NCBI GenBank assembly: GCA_902594855.1
Contig: CACJNS010000001.1
Span: 474,405-538,404 of the forward strand
From: an uncultured SAR86 cluster bacterium
Lineage (GTDB): Bacteria; Pseudomonadota; Gammaproteobacteria; Magnimaribacterales; AG-339-G14
Length of the DNA stretch: 64,000 nucleotides
Direction: 5' to 3'
A program made the translations under genes and the position numbers. The notes beneath the pieces were generated by a model. That model was not told the origin of the DNA. It did not search any database and saw only the letters and a list, made by a program, of their open reading frames with translations. Of the stretch, positions 7,347 through 14,147 are shown one piece after another (position 1 is the stretch's first letter; each line of letters opens with the position of its first letter).

Positions 7347-10300
7347 ATGACAAAATGTCAGAATATAACAATTATGAGCAAGAAACTATTACATTTTCTT
7401 GCGCCATCTAAACCATCAACCATACTGTTTAGTGCGTTACTTTTAATAACGGGAGTAATTGGAGCGCAGGAACGAATCGGAGTCGCCGCAGCGGTCGACA
7501 CCACCACTACAGATTTAACTCTTGAACAAGAGCGTAAACTTGTGGATGAAGGGTACAAAATCATCCAAAACCATACCATTGAGACCGATGAAAAAGGTAA
7601 GGCACAGATGTTGCTTATCGACGGAACGGCTTTTACCGTTGGTCCTAATTCTTCAGTCACCCTTGATTCCTTTATTTACAACCCGGAAACCGCCGAAGGT
7701 TCCTTAAGCGTGACCAGTAAAGGTTTGATGCGTTTGGTGGGCGGTAAAGTTACCAAGAAAAACCCAGCCATCATCAGGACCAATTCAGCCACGGTTGGAA
7801 TTAGAGGTGGTATCGTCTTTGTCGATAGTCAAGACGAAACCACGGAAGCGTCGTTTATTTACGGGGATGAGATGAGCGTCACCCCTAATTTAAACCAAGA
7901 TGGAACCTACGTGTTAACTCGAAACGGTTTTGTGGTCGTGGTCGATGATCCGCTAGAAGAAGTTGAAGACGTCTCGCTTTTAACCGCAGATCAACTATTA
8001 GCAATGCAACAAAGTTTACAGGGCTCGCCTGAAGAAGAGGGCGAATCAGAAGAAGAAGAGTCCGAAGAAGAGGAATCAGAAGAAGAAGAGTCCGAAGAAG
8101 AGGAATCAGAAGAAGAGTCTGAAGAAGAAGAATCAGAAGAAGAAGAGTCCGAAGAAGAATCAGAAGAAGAAGAGTCCGAAGAAGAGGAATCAGAAGAAGA
8201 ATCGGAAGAAGAATCGGAAGAAGAGTCAAATGAGGAAGAATCCAGCGACGAAGAATCCAGCGATGAAGAATCCAGCGACGAAGAATCTAGTGACGAAGAA
8301 TCTCAAGAAGAGTCTAGCGATGAAGCTGGCGATGAAGAAAGCTCTGAAGATTCTGGATCTGAAGATAGTAGCGGAGAAGAATCAGATAGCGGTAACGAAT
8401 CAAGCGAAGATTCAGCTACAGAAGATGATTCATCAGATGCCTCAAGCGAAGAAACCTCAAGCGAAGAAACATCCGATGCGGGTAGCGAATCAGATTCTTC
8501 AAGCAGCGAGGGTGAAAGTACAACGAGTTCAGAAACAACAAGTTCATCAGATGATGCCGGTTCAACCGAAACAGATGCCTCTGCTGGAGAAACAGATACA
8601 GCAACTGATACCGAAGCTCTGGATACCACTCCAGATACTGATACAGAACCAGAAATCGATGAAAGCGCCCTAGATTCCAGCGGTATTTCGGATAATTCAT
8701 CCGCGGTAGCGCCGGATCAATTAACAACAGCAACCGACGTTGATACGGGAACCGACATAGAGATTGCTACCGAAACCGAAGCCGAAACCCAAGAGGAAAC
8801 CGAAGTCGTTGAAGACGTGAGTGAAGTTGCTCAAGAAACGGCTGCAGATGAAGGGGTAGGTGCCCCTGAAATAGATTTAGCTGTAGCGCCATCAATAGAT
8901 GAAAACGAAGAGAACAAAGCCATTGCCACTCTCACAATTTCGAATCCTGGCAATAATGAAATAAATTTTGAAATAACCGGCCAAGACAGTGAAAAAGTTA
9001 CCTTCAATCCTGAGACTAATTCCATTGAATTAGTTGAGGGCCTCGATCACGAATCAAAAGAAAGTTTAAATATTACTTTGGTCATTACCGATGATGTCGG
9101 AAACATCCAAATCAATGATATTTCTGTTGCGGTTGATGATGTCAATGAAGCACCAAGCATGATAAGCATGTCGCATAACAATCTTTTGTCAGCCAATGCT
9201 AGTGCCACCGATGTGCAAGCCAATGCTTCGAACATCAGTGAAACCACAGAAGTAGGAGCTGTTGTAGCTGACGTAACAGTTAGCGATCCAGACGGTGACT
9301 CGGTTCAATACACCTTAGCCGGCCTAGGCAGTGATAATTTTGCTATCTCCAATTCAGGGGAGATCACGTTAACCTCTGAACTAAATTTTGAGTCTCAAAA
9401 TCAATTTACCATTCAAGTCGTTACCTCCGACGGTGTGAACGAAGTCACACAAGACGTGGTCATTTATGTGATTAACGATAACGAGGCACCTAGCATTACC
9501 GTTGATAACTTCACGGTTGCGGAAAATGCTAACACCAGCGCTGTTTTAGCCACCGCAACCGGCTTGGATCCTGAAGGGTCTAATGTCAGTTATTTCTTAT
9601 CCGGCACGGGCAGTGACAATTTCCAAATCGATAGTAACGGAAATATAACCCTTAACGGCGACCTTGACTACGAGACCACAGAAAGTTACGAGCTGACCAT
9701 TTTTGCGAGCGATGGCGAGTTCACGGTTCCAAAGACCATAACCGTAACCGTCTCTGACAGCAACGAAGCTCCGTCACTAAGCTCAAGCGTGGCTTTTAAT
9801 TCTTTCCTAGAAGACACTGCGGTAGGCACAACCATTGCCACGTCAGAGAGTTCAGACCCAGAAAGCGATACGGTTTCATATTCCTTATCAGGCACAGGCA
9901 GCGACAAATTCAGCGTGGACGCTGAGGGTAAAGTTACCCTTGCCAGTTCTTTGGACTACGAGACCGCTACCTCCTATTCAATAAATTTAAACGCTACCGA
10001 CGGGGCCAACACAACAACTAAAACTTTAACAATTAATGTCGGCAACGTTGCCGAGCTGGTTTACTCTGGAAATCTAGCCGCCAATGCGCAGAACGAATCC
10101 ATTGCCACCGGTTCTTCTATCTTGAGTTCAAGTGTCAGCGGTGCCGAAGGATCTGTCACTTATTCAATTAACGATCCGGATAATAAATTCGCAATCAATT
10201 CAACTACTGGAGAAGTAACTCTAGCCAATGCCCTCGACTACGAAACCAAAACTGCGCACACCTTTACCGTTACCGCAAATGATGGAGCAAACACAGAGTC

Positions 10301-13300
10301 ACAAACATTCACTCTGCAAGTGAACAACGTTACCTTATCCTTTTCAGCCAACTTGGCTAATGCCAGTCAACAAGAGACTATTTCAACCGGCTCTACCATT
10401 CTGTCATCATCAGCCAGCAACGCAGAGGGTACGGTCACCTATTCCCTGACCGACGCCGATAATAAATTCGCAATCAATTCAACTACTGGAGAAGTAACTC
10501 TAGCCAATGCCCTCGACTACGAAACCAAAACTGCGCACACCTTTACCGTCACAGCAACCGATGGCACAACGACCTCATCGCAGACTTTTACTTTGAACAT
10601 AAACGATGTTGATTTGGGTAATTTGGTGTACACGAAATCCAACGCTGCCCAAGAAAATTCTTCAAGCGGAGTAGGGCTTTATGCAGTCAGCAGTATAGAG
10701 TCTGACGGCGGCTCACCAACTTATAGCATGAGTGGCGATGGGGGAAAATTCGCTATTAACTCAAGCACCGGAGCTATTACAACCACAGGGTCTCCACTCG
10801 ATTTTGAAACCACAAAATCGTACTCTCTTACGTTGACTGCAACCGTAGGAAGCGATACCACGTCTACCACTGTGAACGTGCCAGTGCAAAACGTTGAAGA
10901 AACTGAAGCTGCTACCGTAAGGTATTCTGCCCAGTATCATAATTTATCTAGAACAGGCTTCAGCGCTACGGCTACCAGGAATATTAGCGGGGCAGCATCT
11001 GCCCACACAGACGACTTCGTTTTTCAACAAGTAGGAACAACTAATACCAATCTCTTTAATTCCGCAGCTAATGCAAATTCGAGATATTTTGACGTTGAGG
11101 TCGCGCCTGGAACGGCCACCAATTTACGATTTACGCTACCCTTTGACCCAAGCAATGCCTCCGTTGGCACACATACCTTCAATCCGAATGAATCCGATGA
11201 CCTTGATATGACAGTCTTTCCTAATTTAGGCTCCCATTCAACTTACGATATTGGAGACGGTGACGACGGCAAAATAATCACAGCAGCAATGGCAACAAAT
11301 AAATTCTGGTTTGCCGCTCTCAATAACGATCAACCCAGCTTCACGATGACCACCGTAGCAGCCAGCAATTCTGGGGCGGTTAATGCTATAGGTCTTTATA
11401 ATGGGTGGTTCTTAAACGGCACTACATCTTGGACGTCAGCTGTTGAGGCTACAGGCGGCTCTATAACAACGTATTCATCCCCTACTAGCATGCCTTCATT
11501 GAGCGGTATAGATTTGGTTATAGATCAAAGACTTGGACACAATCACAATTTCTCTTCATCGGCCATTAGCTTCATTCAAGGGGGAGGTATTTACTTCGAC
11601 GTAGCATGGGAATGGAATAACGGATGTTGCAATGCCAGTAGAGATAAACGTCACGCGAAAGATATTTTGGATGGTCTTGGCATAACTGCATCAGGAGTAA
11701 TGACTTTTGATGGCACCAATTCCTCAACTACCAATGGCTCCAGGTCACTCTCAATAAATGTGCCGGATACATCCAGTGGAGTCCTAGCAGGGAGTTCCAT
11801 AGACTATTCACCACTATCCGGACAATCGATTAAGTTTGGAGCGGCTGGGCTAATAAACACTTTACCTACTGGTTGTACAGGCCTGGTAACTGGGAATAGT
11901 TTATTTATTTGTGATCCAGGACACTCAAGTAATTCCGGTTTCTCTGGCGCTTACATAGGTATAACGGATGTAAATGCACTTACTAATATTAATTATCGTA
12001 ATATGGTCGGTAATTACACACTAATTGAATGGGTTGTAGGGCTTGCTGGAGCGACAGTTCCTGCGCAAACTAAAACAGTTTATTTTCCTGAAGACACCGT
12101 TATTGTAGCCGGAGAAGTTTACAAAGAAAGCGACCTTACAGCATATATGGGAAACTCTCCGACGGGTGCAAAAAAAGTACTAGCTTTTATGCCTTTGCCA
12201 GTAGAAAACATAAACGCATCAGGCACAGCCAATGATTTTCACGTGCCTAACTTTATAAGTCCTAACATATGGCAAATCCATAACGGTAATTCTTCCTCTT
12301 ACGCTGGATCAAATGATGTCGGCATGGACTATTGCTCTGAGTTTGCCCGAACCGGTGTAGTTGGTAGTTGTGATAAATCTGCAGCTAGCACTTACAAAAA
12401 TCATTATCTTTTTGGCAGCGAACTGGCTGCTATCGGAAGCGGCCAAAGTGAGAGCGTTCAAACTTCTAGATTTATAGATTTCCATTCCGATTTTTATTAC
12501 AAACCTGATTCGGGAAGTTTTAAGAAAAGAGAAATCCCTGAAGGAATGTCAATGTGGTGGCAAATTCTTCTGCCTTGGTCGGCCGGAGCAACCTCTGTAG
12601 GGGTTGGTCTATGGGCACAATTATCTTTCGACGATGACTACGACGGCACTAACGATAATAGAAAATCACAAAGCAGCTTATTGAATGTTGTTATTTCAAA
12701 CCTCTTTCCCAGGAGGACAGATACAACGAGGTACTCCGAAGGAGATACTGGTGTTGGTCTAGATGCCTTTCACTTTGCCTCTTATCAACAGTATTTCGAT
12801 GATTCTGATCCGAGCGTAACTTACGCAAGAACTCTTGGTCCTCAGAGTTATTTTTCGACACTAGAGTGTGCGACTGCTCATGACAGTTCATGTTTCTGGG
12901 GAGCATCAAATTCCAATTATCAGCCTAGGGGAATGATGATTACTAATTCTGATCCTTACAAAAAATCTGCCTACACCGTTCCGGTTTCCTACAGCATGGA
13001 TAGCGATGCTTTCATGAGTTCTGGCTTGAACCAGGGTCTTATTGTTCAAAGAGTTTCTAATGGTTCTGCAGGCTCTATGGCACAGGATCTTAGTGTTAAT
13101 GATTTTAGAAGCGCAGGTTTTTACGCATCGGACGCCAATAATTACGTAGGTTATTTCACCGGCATCATGGAATTTGATCAATCCGGTAACACCCCTGAAG
13201 AACTTGCGATTGTGAGATCAAACGGCCAAGCAACCTTCACTTTTGATGATACCAATGACTTTTTATCGGTTGATGCACCTCTCACGGTTAGCAGCCTTCC

Positions 13301-14144
13301 TTCTACCGGTTACACCAACACCTGGTCCGATGTGAAAACAGGCAGCTTAAATTTAAAATTTGGCGATCTGAATAATTCTTTAGCTAAGTCGGCTTACATC
13401 AGCAAGGAGGTTTTTGCTGCTGAGTTACAAGACAACGGAGTTCAAATAGGCGGTTCATCCGGCGGAACTTCCAATACAAAAGGAGTAATGGTTTCATGGA
13501 ATACACTTGATCGACAAGATTATGATTTATTCAAGGGCGATGAAAGCGATTATATAAAACCAGCTGTCATCCCTGACACAGAATATTCACAATGGGGATT
13601 TTGGGCTATGTCATCCCTTGATGTTAGTGCAGATGCAGGCACCCAAACGGCAGGCGTCCATATGGGGACTTGGGTTGCTGGAGAGGCTCTTGACCAAAGT
13701 GAAATTCCAACTTCAGGTCAGGCTACGATGTCAGGAGCGGCTGTTTTCAAAGTCGCATCTCGCAGTCGAGCAGGAACCGATGGTGAGATTTACAAATACA
13801 CGACAACTGCAAACGTTGTTGGAACTTTCAATTGGGGAGCTTCCGGTTATACAGGCAACATTGCCTTTAGTAAATTCGATATAGGTAATTCAGATTTCAG
13901 TGCCGCTGGATTCACTTCATTTGCTATCAGTATTTCTGGATCTGGTGCTGAATATTCTGGTAGTTGGACGCAAGATCAGTCTGGTGGACTGTATCGAGAA
14001 GCTTGGTTAGCAGGAACTTTATACGGCGATGATGCTCCTGACGAAAGCGGCGGCCGAGTGGGCGTATCACTTTGGTCTCCTAGCCAAGATGCAAGTGAGG
14101 TTAATAAAATATTTCACGCTGAAGGAATATATTTGATTGATTAA
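7347..14144 (+). CDS. Giant secreted multidomain protein, paralogue A (FecR-like / polyanionic linker / ~7 cadherin-like modules / unknown region / TbpB-like C-terminal lobe)
   Basis: 2265-aa uninterrupted ORF. The start may instead be the ATG at 7374 (MSKKLLHF...VIGA-QE signal peptide). Domain evidence, in order: FecR-like strings GKAQMLLIDGTAFTVGPNSSVTLDSFIY and ATVGIRGGIVFV; a Ser/Glu/Asp tract at ~8031..8870; cadherin boundaries DVNEAPS, NDNEAPS and DSNEAPS with LDYE/LNFE motifs; and a C-terminal TbpB-like barrel pattern. Confidence 0.9.
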   Translation: MTKCQNITIMSKKLLHFLAPSKPSTILFSALLLITGVIGAQERIGVAAAVDTTTTDLTLEQERKLVDEGYKIIQNHTIETDEKGKAQMLLIDGTAFTVGPNSSVTLDSFIYNPETAEGSLSVTSKGLMRLVGGKVTKKNPAIIRTNSATVGIRGGIVFVDSQDETTEASFIYGDEMSVTPNLNQDGTYVLTRNGFVVVVDDPLEEVEDVSLLTADQLLAMQQSLQGSPEEEGESEEEESEEEESEEEESEEEESEEESEEEESEEEESEEESEEEESEEEESEEESEEESEEESNEEESSDEESSDEESSDEESSDEESQEESSDEAGDEESSEDSGSEDSSGEESDSGNESSEDSATEDDSSDASSEETSSEETSDAGSESDSSSSEGESTTSSETTSSSDDAGSTETDASAGETDTATDTEALDTTPDTDTEPEIDESALDSSGISDNSSAVAPDQLTTATDVDTGTDIEIATETEAETQEETEVVEDVSEVAQETAADEGVGAPEIDLAVAPSIDENEENKAIATLTISNPGNNEINFEITGQDSEKVTFNPETNSIELVEGLDHESKESLNITLVITDDVGNIQINDISVAVDDVNEAPSMISMSHNNLLSANASATDVQANASNISETTEVGAVVADVTVSDPDGDSVQYTLAGLGSDNFAISNSGEITLTSELNFESQNQFTIQVVTSDGVNEVTQDVVIYVINDNEAPSITVDNFTVAENANTSAVLATATGLDPEGSNVSYFLSGTGSDNFQIDSNGNITLNGDLDYETTESYELTIFASDGEFTVPKTITVTVSDSNEAPSLSSSVAFNSFLEDTAVGTTIATSESSDPESDTVSYSLSGTGSDKFSVDAEGKVTLASSLDYETATSYSINLNATDGANTTTKTLTINVGNVAELVYSGNLAANAQNESIATGSSILSSSVSGAEGSVTYSINDPDNKFAINSTTGEVTLANALDYETKTAHTFTVTANDGANTESQTFTLQVNNVTLSFSANLANASQQETISTGSTILSSSASNAEGTVTYSLTDADNKFAINSTTGEVTLANALDYETKTAHTFTVTATDGTTTSSQTFTLNINDVDLGNLVYTKSNAAQENSSSGVGLYAVSSIESDGGSPTYSMSGDGGKFAINSSTGAITTTGSPLDFETTKSYSLTLTATVGSDTTSTTVNVPVQNVEETEAATVRYSAQYHNLSRTGFSATATRNISGAASAHTDDFVFQQVGTTNTNLFNSAANANSRYFDVEVAPGTATNLRFTLPFDPSNASVGTHTFNPNESDDLDMTVFPNLGSHSTYDIGDGDDGKIITAAMATNKFWFAALNNDQPSFTMTTVAASNSGAVNAIGLYNGWFLNGTTSWTSAVEATGGSITTYSSPTSMPSLSGIDLVIDQRLGHNHNFSSSAISFIQGGGIYFDVAWEWNNGCCNASRDKRHAKDILDGLGITASGVMTFDGTNSSTTNGSRSLSINVPDTSSGVLAGSSIDYSPLSGQSIKFGAAGLINTLPTGCTGLVTGNSLFICDPGHSSNSGFSGAYIGITDVNALTNINYRNMVGNYTLIEWVVGLAGATVPAQTKTVYFPEDTVIVAGEVYKESDLTAYMGNSPTGAKKVLAFMPLPVENINASGTANDFHVPNFISPNIWQIHNGNSSSYAGSNDVGMDYCSEFARTGVVGSCDKSAASTYKNHYLFGSELAAIGSGQSESVQTSRFIDFHSDFYYKPDSGSFKKREIPEGMSMWWQILLPWSAGATSVGVGLWAQLSFDDDYDGTNDNRKSQSSLLNVVISNLFPRRTDTTRYSEGDTGVGLDAFHFASYQQYFDDSDPSVTYARTLGPQSYFSTLECATAHDSSCFWGASNSNYQPRGMMITNSDPYKKSAYTVPVSYSMDSDAFMSSGLNQGLIVQRVSNGSAGSMAQDLSVNDFRSAGFYASDANNYVGYFTGIMEFDQSGNTPEELAIVRSNGQATFTFDDTNDFLSVDAPLTVSSLPSTGYTNTWSDVKTGSLNLKFGDLNNSLAKSAYISKEVFAAELQDNGVQIGGSSGGTSNTKGVMVSWNTLDRQDYDLFKGDESDYIKPAVIPDTEYSQWGFWAMSSLDVSADAGTQTAGVHMGTWVAGEALDQSEIPTSGQATMSGAAVFKVASRSRAGTDGEIYKYTTTANVVGTFNWGASGYTGNIAFSKFDIGNSDFSAAGFTSFAISISGSGAEYSGSWTQDQSGGLYREAWLAGTLYGDDAPDESGGRVGVSLWSPSQDASEVNKIFHAEGIYLID
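8031..8330 (+). repeat. GAA-rich in-frame coding repeat (SEEE/SEEEE units, then 15-nt EESSD units)
   Basis: Visible run of gaagaagaagagtcc / gaagaagaggaatca units, followed by 4 consecutive 15-nt gaagaatccagcga[ct]-type units. The coding strand is nearly all purine. Confidence 0.9.
8646..8713 (+). repeat. 68-nt segment identical to 15417..15484 in paralogue B
   Basis: Direct comparison of the two printed sequences: gaaccagaaatcgatgaaagcgccctagattccagcggtatttcggataattcatccgcggtagcgcc appears in both. Confidence 0.9.
10179..10270 (+). repeat. 92-nt perfect direct repeat, copy 1 (copy 2 at 10458..10549)
   Basis: gataataaattcgcaatcaattcaactactggagaagtaactctagccaatgccctcgactacgaaaccaaaactgcgcacacctttaccgt occurs twice, 279 nt apart. 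That spacing equals one cadherin-like module. Confidence 0.9.
10458..10549 (+). repeat. 92-nt perfect direct repeat, copy 2
   Basis: Identical to 10179..10270. Confidence 0.9.
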
Positions 14145-14147
14145 AAT

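Noticed and set aside
8031-8330. Short-period repeat array that could be mistaken for a CRISPR or a non-coding satellite
   Set aside because: The units are 12-15 nt, in frame, have no spacers, and lie inside a long ORF. There are no cas genes in the window.
7885-8733. Four ORFs of 100-150 aa (7885..8229 -, 8230..8673 +, 8303..8629 -, 8416..8733 -) inside the acidic tract of paralogue A
   Set aside because: They are alternative-frame or antisense readings of the GAA/TCN repeat and give Leu/Pro/Lys-rich low-complexity products. The 2265-aa frame is continuous and has recognisable domains on both sides.
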